In this document: piece after piece, positions 13,381 through 26,474 of the stretch | Layout of the letters: each line of letters starts with the position of its first letter | Position numbering within the stretch: the first letter of the stretch is position 1 | Source of the DNA: Octopus sinensis | Lineage: Eukaryota | Assembly (NCBI RefSeq): GCF_006345805.1 | Contig: NC_043001.1 | Location: forward strand, 123,876,001-123,940,000 | Length of the DNA: 64,000 nucleotides | Direction of reading: 5' to 3' | The notes under the pieces: generated by a model | Databases searched by the model: none | The model's input: only the letters and a program-made list of their open reading frames with translations | Told to the model about the DNA's origin: nothing | Translations under genes and position numbers: made by a program

Positions 13381-14810
13381 TTTGACGGAAGTACACCAAC
13401 ATTTTGCTGAATCCCTAACTGGTGTCATCCAGAACTCAGAGCAACTACTTGCCTGGCTGACCGAAGGAACAACATACCTTCTACCAAAAGCTATCTCAAC
13501 ACCACCTACAAGATCCTCACATCCTATACTAACTGAAAGAATATACACTTTCCTTGAACAAAACTTTAATCATTTCACAAGCTCAGAAAGGTTGTAAAAG
13601 GAATTCTTATGGTTGCAAAGATCAATTACTCATAAATAAAATGATTGTTGAGAATTGCCAGAGCATGGTATGGATAAAGTACAGGAAAGCGTTTCGTAGT
13701 GTATCATGTAATTAACTACTCAAGGTCCTTGAGATATATAAAATCTCGCCTGTCGTTTCCAAATTCTTACAAGGTAGCATGGCCAAGTGGAATATACGCC
13801 TCCTTTTACACCATAGTAATTGGATGAGCCAATGTAGCAACATCAACATCAAACGAGGCATATTTTTTAGGTGACTCCTTTTCCCTCATTACTCTTTTCA
13901 TGGCACTGATCCCACTCTCAAACGAACTGAGTAACACCAGGTATGGGTAAAAAATATAATATTATAGTAAACCATCTGTTTTATATAGATGATCTGAATC
14001 TGTTTCCTAGAATTGACTAAGAGCGAGTAGGCCTGTTAACAACTGAGTAAGACTCATACTAAAAACTGAACTCAACTCCAAAACTTGCATCGGACGGGCC
14101 ACTTTGAGTAGTCAAATACGGTTTTAACATCATTTACTGGAATCTTACAGAGCTCCAACGCCTGGGCAGGAATACAAAAGAAAACAACTAATGTCTAAGA
14201 ACAGGCACCACCCTAAAGCAGATGTTGATCATCTGTACCTACCTAGAAGTGATAGGGGAAGAGGAATGATGCAGGTAGAACTGTGCTATAAAACCTCCAC
14301 AACAGCAATGAACAAGTACTTATCTAGTACAGAGGACTTGATGCTACGGCTTTTGTGCAAACACGAAAGCAGCAAAAAATCACATTCTATTGTCAAGGAA
14401 GTTTGCAAATTCTCAAGGAAACTCGGCATTAAACCTGAATTAAATGGAGTAACTGAAACCACTGCCACTAAACATGCAAAATAGATGAAACTGCAAAAAA
14501 AGAGTGGGCAGAAACAAATTGAGGAGCGGCGGAACCAGAAGGCTCTGCATGCACAGTATATACTTCAAAGGCGAAATGCTGAGGCATAACAAACAACATC
14601 TCATCAGTGTCTGTCGAGCTCAGGACTGAAAAAAGAGAGTGAAAGTTTCCAAGCTGACATTGTTTAAAACCGTTCTGACGCTAAATGCAGATTCTGCTAT
14701 GAATTTGATGAAACAATACATCATCTCATCTGGGGATGCCCTCTGCTGACACCAAATGAATACAAAAATCGCCACGATAAGGTAGGACGGTATTTATATT
14801 GGAAGTGGAC
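13381..14810 (+). pseudogene. Decayed R4/Dong-clade non-LTR retrotransposon (RT to CCHC region)
   Basis: Motifs WLTEGTTYLLPK, QKGCKRNSYGCKDQLLINK, YRKAF, NIKRGIF, NHLFYIDDL, RHHPKADVDHLYLPRSDRGRG, CRFCYEFDETIHHLIWGC and RHDKV, with stops and frameshifts; endonuclease end missing. Confidence 0.88.
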
Positions 14811-14828
14811 AGCTGACTCTTTCCCGCT

Positions 14829-15151
14829 GAAGAGAAGAAGAAGAAGAAGAGCAGAGAAAAAGAAGAAGTAGAAGATAAAGAAGAAGAAAAAGAAAGAGAG
14901 GAAGAAGAAGAAAGAAAGAAAGAAGTCGAAGAAGAAGAAGAAGAAGAAGAAGAAGAAGGAGAAAAAGAAAAAGGAGAAGAAGAAAGAAAGAAAGAAAGAA
15001 GAAGAGAAGAAGAAGAAGAAGAAGAAGAAGAAGAAGAACGAAAGAAAGAGAGAAGAAGGAGGAGAAAAAGAAGAAGGAGAAGAAGAAGAAGAAAGAACAA
15101 GAGAGAAGAAGAAGAAGAAGAATCGAAGAAGAAAGAAGAAGAAAGAAAGAA

Positions 15152-15182
<31 letters not shown>

Positions 15183-15594
15183 AGAAGAAGAAGGAGAAAA
15201 CGAAGAAGGAGAAGAAGAACAAGAAGGAGGAGAAAGAAAGAAAGAAGAAGTCGAAGAAGAAAAGAAGAAAGAAAGAAAGAAAGAGAGAAGAAGAAGAAAG
15301 AAGAAGAAGAAGGAGAAGAAGAAGAAGGAGAAAACGAAGAAGGAGAAGAAGAACAAGAAGAAGAAGAAGAAGAAGAAGAAAAGAAGAAAGAAGAGAAAGA
15401 GAAGAAGAAGAAGAAGGAGAAAACGAAGAAGGAGAAGAAGAAGAAGAAAGAAGAAGAAGAAGAAAGAAAGAAAGAAAGAAAGAAAGAAGACGAAGACGAA
15501 GTCGAAGAAGAAAAGAAGAAGAAAGAAAGAAAGAAAGAAGAATTATAAGAAGAAGGAGGAGAGGGAAGAAGAAGAAGAAGAAGAAAAAGAAGAA
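14829..15594. repeat. Polypurine (GAA)-based compound repeat, about 765 bp
   Basis: Almost only A/G on +, with recurring sub-blocks such as GAAGTCGAAGAAG and GGAGAAAACGAAGAAGG. Confidence 0.97.
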
Positions 15595-16699
15595 TGATTT
15601 TATATATTCTCCTAAATGAATTTCGTTTAGATAGTATAGTAGTATACAGATATCTCTACCTATTTATCTATCTATCATTCTTTATATATATATATATATA
15701 TATATATGATTTTAAAATCCTCCATTTTAACTGAGAATGTTTTAGATTTCTAATAATTCATTCATAATAGAACTTTCATGTTTGTTTAATTTTATCAACA
15801 TTTGTAGCAGTATATGATTAGACATTATATATGTATGTTTACGTCGGCATTGTTCATATTTGATACTCTGTAATATTATGATTTGCATATTAACTGCTTC
15901 GTAGATTAGCTACACAATTGCTAATAGCTTGTTGAACGAACTTCATTAAAAATTGCCAACTAATTAATTACTATGCAATTGTAAACTTATATGTGATTTA
16001 ATGTGGATAGTCGAAATGTTACACTTTCGCATATAATTTTCCACTCTCACCAACTCTATGAAATATGGATTTGTCGTTCTTGATATGTTTGCCTGGTCGT
16101 TGTTTCATCATATATCACAATTTATGCTTCTTCTATATCAAAGTAATGATCAGTGAAAACGAAGAAGGAAAATATTCATAATAAATTAGATACATTTATT
16201 GTGTCTTGTTTATTGTATCCAATTATACTGAGTAATAGATTCTGTTTTCTAAAAACAGTTGAATAATTTGGTTTGTTAATTGTTGTTGTTGTAACTGTAT
16301 ACAGACGCAGTTGTAGACGTAAATACTAATTTACATCAAATGTCAAAATGTTACAAGGTCAATGTCGCATGAAAACATGAATGTCTTATCACCTATAAAA
16401 TTTGTTGTAGCGAAAATCTGTTTTTTCACAAGATTTTAAAGTATTCTTTAAAATTGATATTCCCATGATATGACAATGTGTGATCCTTTTCTATTAACTT
16501 AATGATCGTCTTCCACGGAATTACAATCATAATTAAATGACAAAATTCCTTATCAGGGAGTCTTCAAGTGTATTGTATCAAACCATGCAGGACAAGAATA
16601 CTTTTATTGAAAATAATTGGAGAAATTTGGTTGGACGTTGAAATCCATTGTTAGGGAATATTCATATTTGTAATATCAAGCTATTCTCAACATATCTTT

Positions 16700-16893
16700 T
16701 ATCTTTCACTTGTTTCAGTAATTGCACTGCAACCAGTCTAGGGTAATAACTTGAAATGTTTTGCTGAACAAATCGATTCTAAGAATTGTTTTCAAGTCTG
16801 GTACTTATTTTGTCGTACTGTTTTGCCGAACCGCTTGTCAAGCGGTAGGGGGACAAACACGGTTACAAAGGCTCAGATACAGGTACGTGCACA

Positions 16894-16929
<36 letters not shown>

Positions 16930-17095
16930 TATATGAATATATACACGAGGGGCTTTACACAGTTTCTGTTTACCAAATTCACTCAAGAGCAATTGGTTGG
17001 TCTGGGGCTATAGTGGCCACACAATTGCTGCAAGTCGCTGTACAATGGAACTGAACTCGAAATCATGAGATTGCGAAGTAATCTTCTTAATTATA
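16700..17095 (-). mobile_element. Degraded SINE family A with internal (CA)n
   Basis: Contains TTTTGCCGAACCGC, GGGGACAAACAC, ACCAAATTCACTC and GGAACTGAAC modules in family A order. Confidence 0.65.
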
Positions 17096-17461
17096 CCTGT
17101 ACACACTTTTAAAGATATTAAATAAATGTTTGTCTCCCGATTTCGTTGTTACAGTAGTAGAATGGGAGTGTGAAACGAATAACGATATAGGCTTTGTTAT
17201 TTCGTAAATTATTCACTGTTTTCTTCAGTAATCTGCAGTATGGAGATTTTTGTCTGCGTACGATGTGAAACAGTTGAATATGCAAACGGATATCCGCCGC
17301 TCACAATATTCATCACAAAAATTTCTTTAATTGTCTTGGGATCAACATTTTATAATACAAATTTTAAAATTTCCTTATATTTATTTTATTCTTTCTTTTG
17401 TGATTAGAGTTCTATAACATTGGGTGGAAGTGTATCAGTAGTGTATGTTTCATATATATCT

Positions 17462-17640
17462 GTTTCCTCTGTCTTCCCTTCTCTGGATCTTTCCTTCTCC
17501 TATGTTTCCGACGAAAAGCCCCGCTCGAAACGTTATAGCCTCCTTCTTTCCTTCTTTCCTGAGCGTCCAATAATGTTATATTTGTTCCACGTCCTCGCGT
17601 TGTTGTGTTTTTTTTGTGCTTTCATGTTTGTATTAACCTG
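17462..17640 (+). mobile_element. Short interspersed repeat with hammerhead-like core (copy 1 of 3)
   Basis: Similar to 27268-27466 and 29285-29410; carries GTTT-CCGACGA-A-AAGCCCCGCTC-GAAACGTT. Confidence 0.75.
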
Positions 17641-17659
17641 ATATATATATATATATAAT

Positions 17660-17697
<38 letters not shown>

Positions 17698-19944
17698 TAG
17701 ATAGATAGATAGATAAATACATACATACATACATACATACATACATACATACATACATACATACATTCACACATACATACATACACATATACGGACGCAT
17801 ATTTATATATATATATATATATATATAAAACTGATTTGTGTCTTGGACTCTAATGAAGCGCTAGCATAATATATTACACTTTGTAACAAGGATTCCAAGA
17901 ACTGTTTTAAGGCAAAATGCCGTTAAAAGAATCCCTTTACCATCTTTAGCCATTGATAATGTTTTGAAGTAACTATTCAACTGAACAGCCTTCTCCAAAG
18001 ACCTTGACATGTGATAAAACTTCTAAGACTACACAATATAAAGGTAATGAAAGTATTGCAAATAGTGCTCTTGTTGATTGCTAGAGTGTGAAGCTGGTTT
18101 TAGAGTTCAAGCAGAAATATGGTTTACCTTTTATCAACAGGAAACACGTTTGTGAATGATGTGCCAAATTTGTGTCCATAACCATTAAGTGGATGCATAT
18201 ATCAAAAGAAAACAGAAGTTACAGTGCTGAAGCATCGAGAAAGAATAAAGTCGTTCTGAAAACATCTCTTAGAAAAAGATGAACTATGTATTTTTTTGTT
18301 TTATCAAAGGCATTCAGTATGTGATGGAACTGAAAGAATGGAAAGGTTGCAGTCATGAAAACTATAGATAAAAATAAACAAAACTATTAAGCTCCATACG
18401 TAAATTTTTAATGTCTACATTGTAGCAAAACGAAACAAGCCAATTTCCCTGATATTGTTGAAAGTGATGTGCAAATATTATAACAGATTGGATATGAAAA
18501 TGAACTCCTTAAATAGAAAACGTCTACTAAAATAACTGAAAATATGAAAGAAATTAATAATGAAATATTTGTTAAAATAACTCCATAGAAATTGTAACGT
18601 TGTCAATAATGTATCTTCAACGATATTTATTCAAAACGTTATTTTTGTTAAAGATGACAACAGCAATTTTTTTTTTCAATCAACATTTTAGGTGGGTGTG
18701 CTGGGTGGGGAGAGATGAAATGGTATGGTCCTGAATAGACTTGCACTTGTTTAGTCAAAACTTTACATTTTGCAACGTTTGGTAACACATTGTGATGACA
18801 TATTCTTTCGTTGGAGTAAGTGTAAATAAGACGTTACCGTTTGTGTCATTATCTGCAACTCTATCTGAATGTTTTTGACAAATATAGTTATCATTTTAAA
18901 CAAATTAATCGATTTAAATTATTTTGTGTATGAAACATACAGGAGTTTTCACAAAAGAAATAGAATCAAAAGGAAATTTCAGTATTTAAATCGATACAAT
19001 TAGCACCCTCTGCTGGTCGCCTTGGATTTACATTTCAGTATTAAATGCTTCTTGAGTATTGTTTAAATATAGTCTTATATAGGAAATATTTTACAGGAAT
19101 AGAAAACGATCTTTACCGCAATTGTTTTTCTGATAACTTACAATTTCAATAAAAAAAAAAACTACAATCACACACACGCACATGCAGGCGCGCATGTACA
19201 TACACACACGAACACGCACACACAAACTCACATACACTAACACACATATCGATTAAAATATTCAAACGTACAAACACACAGAGGCACACACACACAGAGG
19301 CACACACACACACACAGGCATATATAATACTACACAGACATATATACATGTATATATATTAAAAGGAAGGAACAATAGTCTAAGCTACGTCTTCGTGAAG
19401 CACATCTGCGTATTGTAATAATTCAATGAATGCATGAAGATGTTTACTTAAAATGAGTGAATCTTAGATGAAGTTGAGATTCCTGGGGAATTCTAACATT
19501 TAGAAAGTTTCTATGTTTAAACAAAGATTGGAATATGAGATACCATTTTAATATTTGTAATTCAGAGTTACACAAGTTTCACTGCAATATTGGGTATTCA
19601 TTTTATGAATATAAATATTAATACTCATAATAGTGTAAATGTAAATTCATAACGGGTATACACATTCAAGATATAAATATGGAATATTATCGAAGCAATG
19701 TTCAAACGGATACAATTAAACACTTGAAAAGTTCCTTATATATAAAATACATATAGAAATTACCTAGAGGGAGAGAGAGAGGAGACGGATAGAAAGAAGG
19801 AGGAGGAGAGAGATGAAAGGAGAGGGAGAGAGAGAGGAGGACAGACAGAGAGCGTGACGGGATCAGTAGAAGGGGAAGGAAAGAGATACAGGAAAAATCT
19901 AAGTTAGGAGGATGTACAAGATAGGTTATCTCATACATGTGGGA

Positions 19945-20490
19945 AGAAGCCAGTGAAATCTGGAGGAGGCAGTGTGATAGTATGGAAAGTGATCTCTGCT
20001 GCTGGTCCTGGTACACCCATTCGCCTTCAATCGACTCTCAATGCCGAAATCTACAAGCAGATTCTTAGCATGCCTTTCCACATCTCCGATTCTCGTCACT
20101 TCAACCTCCTATCTTCGTGCAGGACAACGCTACCTGTCACACTGCAAAGAGAATAAAAAATATTTTGAATGTTCAAGGGGTTGATCGCATGTGATGGACA
20201 CCGCAAAGTCCCGATCTGAATGCTACAGAAAATGGTTAGAAAATTAATGGAGATGGGGTGTGAAGGAGAAATACAAAGAAACAAGTTGAATTCTGGGAAA
20301 TATTGAAAATCAAATGGAACAATATTACTCCATCATTTTGCAAGACATTAATTCAGTCCTGTGGTAACAGATGTCAAGAGATTATTGATAGTAAAGGGAT
20401 GTTCACAAAATATTATTGCAAGGGTTTCTTTTTTGTTCTTGGTCCCTTTTCCATTGTTTTCTAAGTGACCCTTAACTTTTGGCCGTTGCA
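19945..20490 (+). mobile_element. Tc1-family DNA transposon, 3' fragment
   Basis: KSGGGSVIVW, IFVQDNATCHTAK and QSPDLN motifs across frameshifts; Tc1-like TIR end AACTTTTGGCCGTTG. Confidence 0.85.
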
Positions 20491-20709
20491 TTTTGGAAGC
20501 TTATTTGTTTATTTCCTCGTAACGTACGAAATATTTATTCCATTGACTTGAAATTTTTTTTTATGAAAGATAGATATGGGATATATCCAAATATGTGTAA
20601 AATATATAGTCTCAGTGTTTTCTTAATCTATAATAAATATTTCAATACATTTGTTCTTACTAACCCTTATATTATGGTTGCTACTGCATATATACACATC
20701 TCTCTTTCT

Positions 20710-21030
20710 CTTTTCTCTCTTTTACTTGTTTCAGTCATCTGACTGTGGCCATGCTGGAGCACCGCTTTTTAGTCGAGCAAATCGACACCAGGACTTATTC
20801 TTTGTAAGCCTAGTACTTATTCTATCGGACTCTCTTTTGCCGAACCGCTAAGTTACGGCGACGTAAAAACACCAACATCGGTTGTCAAGCGATGTTTGGG
20901 GGACAAACACAGACGCACAAATATATACACAAGGCTTTGATCAGCCCGAAGCTATAGTAGAAGACACTTGCCCAAGGTGAAACGCAGTGGGACTGAAGCC
21001 GGAACCATGTGGTTGCTAAGCAAGCTACTT
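20710..21030 (-). mobile_element. SINE family A body, interrupted by the Tx1 element
   Basis: Family A sequence up to AGCAAGCTACTT; the head resumes at 26475. Confidence 0.88.
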
Positions 21031-21258
21031 TACTTCATATAATTTGCCATTTAGGCATTTACAAAGAGGGGACAAACAAGGACAGACAAATATAAAGAGT
21101 GAAGTAGCTTAACACAGTCACAATTTTCGAATGAAATTACGGATAAGATTATAAACAATGAATTTTACGAAGGCAATGTTTAAAAATATTAATGATCATG
21201 TCGAAGGACGGACACCCAGCCATCCGGGTAGAACCTTTACTTTCTGATCCGGTCACAC

Positions 21259-24200
21259 TTACCTGGTGCCAAACATACCCATCTTGTATGCCACAGGCTT
21301 CCATCTTTTCACAAACATATCTCGTGACAGACACCTCTTCTCCAGCCTGATTTTGCCACTGAGGTGGTAACTAAAAAAGTTAATCAACCCCTGGCCGGAG
21401 ACAAAGGTGCCTGTCACTATACCTTTCGTACGCGTCTTCCATACTGTTTCTTTCAGTATGGCTACTACACAGAAAAAACAAGCCTTTCTTTCCCTGTTAA
21501 GGAAAGGGGGCGGCACAATCTCGATGATAGACTCAGCCGATAGCTGTACTCTTCCCATCACTGACAACAGTTGTTCAACAAAAGCTATCAGTCCCCATAA
21601 CTCCGGACATTCCACGAATGCGTGCAAGACGGTCTCCCTATCCTGCTCACATCGCGGGCATGTCGGCGAGACGGCACTACCGTGCCTTGACAGCTTGTCG
21701 CGAACAGGTAAAGCCGCACGGAAACACTGCCAGGCCAGGGATTTCTGGTAATTATCCAGATACCCCGCCCGAACGTCCTCCGGAACAGGTTGACCAACTG
21801 ATTTTCATCGTAGCCCAGGGTCTCCCCCAAGGCGTCTTCGGACTTAATCTCCACTAACCCGCTGTAGAAATCCGTGGTGGAACTCCTGTTGCCGGCGTTG
21901 CCCACCCGAGATAGTAGCTGGAGCGCCTGACGGCACTCCAAATGCCATTCACTCAGTTTAGGTCTCCGCTTGATCCATGCACCGATGTCCGTTAGGGATG
22001 TTAACTGGGGAAGGTAGAACCGGACGTGCGGCGACCACACCTGCTCTCCATCCAGGTAAAGCCAGAGGTGCCTCAACCTTAACGCGAGTTTTCGCATCCT
22101 CAGCCAAGGCATCCCTAGCCCACCCTTTAGCGGTTTCTGGCAGCAGACAGAGCGCTTTACAAGTGGCTTTCCTCCTTTCCACAAAAATCGGAAAAGGATT
22201 CTCTCCAACTTGTTCAGCCACAAATCGGGGCAAGGCACCACGGTCAGACGGTAGGTGATTACTGATGCTATAAACATCTGCACCACCTCCGCCTTCCCTA
22301 GCAGGGATAACGCCCGCCCAGACCAGGTCTGGGTTAGAGCGGTCACCTTGTTGGCCACCTCACTCCAATTTTTCTCAATCTGGAGGTCTGGCCCGAACCA
22401 GACTCCGAGCAGCTTAACAGGACCTTCCGTCCAACGTCCTACGACGTTATTGGACTGCATCGGCTTGCCCCTCCAGGTGCCGAGTTGCAAACCGACCGAC
22501 TTGTCCTTGTTAACCTTTGCTCCTGCCACCGCCTCGTAGCTTTTGATGGCCTCTTCCACCACTGGAAGCTGGCCTTCGTCTGCCACGATGATGGAGGTGT
22601 CATCCGCATACGCCGTAGCTCCTCTTCCACACCATAGATCATGCGGCGCGCCCCCTAGTGCCTCCAACTTCCGCAGCAAAGGCTCAAGAGCCAATACGTA
22701 TAGGAGCGAGGACAGGGGACACCCTTGACGAACTGAACGCTCGATCCTGAACGGCTTCGAAAAGGAACCGTTCACCTTGACTACAGACTCGATGTCGCTA
22801 TACAAAGCAGCGATCCAACCTCGAAAGGTCGGGCCTAGGCCAGCCTCTCCGAGGTCCGCCGCCAGGTACCGATGGTCGACCCTATCAAATGCTTTGGACT
22901 GGTCTAAATGTACCAGTGCTCCCCCTGCGCCAGAAAGCTTCCCCACCCTCTCTAAGGAGTAGCGTATAAGGTGGAGATTGTCGTGGATCGTTCTGCCGGG
23001 GATAGCGCACGTTTGCGCTTCCCCGACAAGTTTGTCCACGACCCGCGCCAACCTTTTTGCTAGCACCTTGGCCAGAATCTTTAACTCTGTGTTTAACAGA
23101 GTTATGGGCCTGAAGTTCCCTATCTCGTCCCCCTTGTTCGGGTCCTTCCTGATCAACGTCACCGCCCCCCGGCTCGCAGACTTGGGAATTCTCCCATTCT
23201 GCTGCCAGTTGGCGTAGACGCTAGCCAGCAGGTGCCCGAACAAGTCTGGCATACTTCTATAAAATTCATAGGGCAGACCATCGAGACCCGGCGACTTCTC
23301 CCCGGGGCACTTGCCCAACACCTCGATTACTTCCTCGGCTGTGATTGGCCCCTCACAGCACTCAGCCTCTCGTGTCGAGAGGCGCGGGCCACCAGACAGG
23401 AAGTCCCTAAGGGCCTCACCATGATCCAGCGTCCCGCACCTCCCGAACAACTCGGCGAAGTGCTTGTGAAGTGCATCACGCATCTCGTCCCGGTTCTTGA
23501 TCGTGCATCCGTTTTCATCAACAAGAGACCCAATTGTGGCATCGTTTCCACGCTGTGTTTCTATCGTACGGGCCCATCCGGCAACATTAATTGCCTCACG
23601 GCCCAATGCTCGTACTTTAGCCCGGACTCTACATCCCTCATGTTTGGTTTTGAGGTGACGGTCTAATGCCGTTCTCGCCGCTAAAATGTGAGATGCAGAG
23701 CCCAACCTCAACGCCTCCTCTAAGTTCTTAACTAGTTGCCCTTCTATTCTAGCCCTATCTAGTCTTAGTTGTTTACTAAATCTAATGGACTCGAATCGAA
23801 TGGCTCTTTTGAGTGTGAACCACCACCGGTTATTAACCACGGCTCCGTCTAACGCCCTCTGCACTAACACCTTAATCCGGCTACGGTATGCCTCGCGTGT
23901 CAAAATAGACTTGTTCAGCTTCCAGTAGCCGGTTCCTATCTTAAGTGTGCTATCTATGTCCAGTCTACACGTGACCATTCTATGGTCAGTATAGGGCACC
24001 TGGACGAGCTGTGGACAACTAAAACTAGACTTATCTCTAGTTCTTATCACTATCCTGTCTAGATAAGACTTGAACCTTCCGTCGCCACTCATCCAGGTCC
24101 ACTCTGGGACGTTCGGATGGTCAAGTCTGTAACGATCTGCTAAATGAAACCGCTTAAGCAGATCCACGAGACGTGAGTTCACTTTCCGATAGATCGAGCC

Positions 24201-24659
24201 AACGCTATCGATGTGTACGTCAACGATAGCATTAAAGTCCCCTAATACCACTAAAGTCTTCGACGTCACGAGAAAGCCCTCTAGGCGCCGATAAAAATCA
24301 GTTTGGAAACCTCTAGCACAAGGTGCATAGAGTCCGATCAACCTGAAGGCCTTACTGCTGTATGTCACATCAAGGACGACCAGCCCACCTTCTGGGTCTA
24401 CATAGACTGTACTTGTCTGTAGAGCCAAGTCTTTACGGATCAGTACCACTACGCCCCCTCGCCCTCCGGTCTGGCCAGGAGACATGATTTTCTCGTAGCC
24501 ATTCAGGAGAGGCGAGAAGGTTTGTAGGCTGTCCAGCTTGGTCTCTGTAGCAACCATCACATGTATATCATGTGATCTGAGGTCGTCGAGGAAACAAGCC
24601 TGCTTCCACTTCGAACTCAGACCACGCACATTTAAACAACCAAGGTTAAGCGAAGCCAT
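21259..24659 (-). CDS. Tx1 ORF2: APE endonuclease-reverse transcriptase, one frameshift near 21762-21770
   Basis: LNVRGL, ATET, LGDFNA, SYLDR and TDH (APE); DQSKAFDRV, SVRQGCPLS and YADD (RT); in the shifted frame CPRCEQDRETVLHAFVEC, continuing into track ORF 21259-21627. Confidence 0.93.
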
Positions 24660-24676
24660 TACAAAAAGTAAAAGTT

Positions 24677-26105
24677 CTACTTACATTTCGTTGGAGAAGT
24701 GGGGGCCGACCTCACCACACGTTTGTGGGCCCCTTCTTTCTCCTCTTTCTTCAGATAGTCCGGTAAGTTCGCGATATGCCGGATGGCGTTTGGGTGTCTG
24801 TCTTTTAATTGTTTGAACGTTGTTTCCGCAATCCACGCGTGTCTATTTCGATCTTTGTATTTGTTGTACAGTCTTGCTGACTGATGCTGAACCACAATAT
24901 CGTTTATGTATTTGTCTTGTGTGTCGAATTCAATTAATATGAGTTCATTTTCTTTTTTGTCTTCTTTTTCTGGGCCAGTTGAGCGGGATTTTTTTTATCC
25001 GTGTCTGTGGTGTGTCTTTGTTTTTATTATTTTTTGTAGGGGATGTGGACGGGGATGCTGCACGAATTCTTTTATGAACTGGTGTAAATCCCCCCTCTGA
25101 TACCTCCATGGTATCGTCTGGAGTAGCAATAGTTTATTCGGTAGGCGCCGCAGTTTTTAGGGGGGTGGGAGGTTTTAATAGTGTAGGGGTTTGTGAGTGC
25201 GAGGGCTGGGTTTTTTCTTCAGTCTGTTTTGGGGTTGGCACCGTAACAGCAGGAATGGGATTTTTTGTTTTTGTAGGGGTAGGTGTGTTTGCAAGGGTAG
25301 GGACTTTTTTATTATCTGAGGGGCCTGGTGTCTGCGGTTTCTTTTGCTTGTCTGGACAGTCTACACGAATGTGGCCCTTTTTGCCGCAGGCGTAACAGGT
25401 GGGTTTTCGGCCTTCGACCTGTACCCTGAGGGCTACGTTCTCGCCCACGAGCACCCTCTCAGGAAGGAGCTGCAGGTCCTCCGCTGTTCCTTGAATTAAT
25501 ATATTAATGTTACGCCCGAGCCAAAATAGAGGGGTAGAGCATGTTACTTGAAGTATTTTTATTTTGTCCGCCCTTTTATATAACAGGGCGGCCACTACCT
25601 CTACCGGATCTACTTCCGGCGGGGCTTCTACAATCCTGACCCGGGACGACCTGCGTCCCCTATAGCTTGGGAAAAGTACCACCTCCTTGGTTTTTAGGGG
25701 GTTCAAAGAATGCCCGCGGGCCATTTCTTCCCCCGAGAAGCGGACATCCACAGTGCCATATGCCCGTCCCCTGGCGACGTACACGATGTCCTTCCAAATC
25801 GGGGACAGGCATTTCTCGATGGTGCTTTTTTCAAAGTGTTTGAAACTTCTGCTTTGTGGACAGAAAGTTTTAAACACTACAGTCCGCTTCTCGGTCTCCA
25901 CGATACTGGCGGAGGGTGATATTTTAACATCACCACCCTCCTCTTGCATTCTTTTAAATAGCTCGACGAGCTGGTTGACATCGATGTCAATGTTCTCGGT
26001 AGCCACTGCGGCTACCGCAGAAAATCTTTTAACATTGCTCTCCTCAAGAGCACTACTTTCGTGGATAATTTCAACAGGCATTATTCTGTTGAAATTAGAC
26101 AACAC
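24677..26105 (-). CDS. Tx1 ORF1 (gag-like), with premature TAA at 25134-25136 and a frameshift in the T8 run at 24989-24996
   Basis: VEGRKPTCYACGKKGHIRVDC knuckle and Pro/Thr-rich linker; reading continues past the stop (GGFTPVHKRIR) and joins track ORF 24677-24895; 17 nt to the ORF2 ATG. Confidence 0.85.
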
Positions 26106-26474
26106 AAAAATTACGAATATTGGTTTCCCACAAAACTGGGAAACCTATAGAAAGTTTTACTTCCAAAGTAGTTCAAAAAAGCAGTTCAAAAATTCCAATT
26201 CCCACCCCCATTCGGGGGAGGGGCACGAAAATAGTCTGGCAGGACTATATATAGTCACGTAAATAAAAAGCCACAATGGCTAACAGTTCAACGGTAAGAA
26301 ATTATTCTATTATTTCCCGGTAAAACCGGAGAACAAGACAGTTCAGCGACGTTTAAAGGCAAATTTTCAGTAGTAGGAATTCAACAATTAACAACACAGC
26401 AAAACTCTTACCGGGAAGAAAACGCGTCCAAACCGTAGTACGGTAAGCAAAGTCACTCTTCTGTCAGTGAGGTT

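Larger units (their letters stand above)
21031..26474 (-). mobile_element. Full-length Tx1-clade (L1 group) non-LTR retrotransposon, 5444 bp, 12-bp TSD
   Basis: 5' UTR, ORF1 with CCHC knuckle, ORF2 with APE endonuclease, RT and C-terminal CCHC; TSD AGCAAGCTACTT at 21019-21030 and 26475-26486. Confidence 0.93.

Noticed and set aside
21022-21110. 9-bp inverted match between the TSD (AAGCTACTT) and the Tx1 3' UTR (AAGTAGCTT)
   Set aside because: Wrong polarity for target-primed annealing and short enough to be chance.
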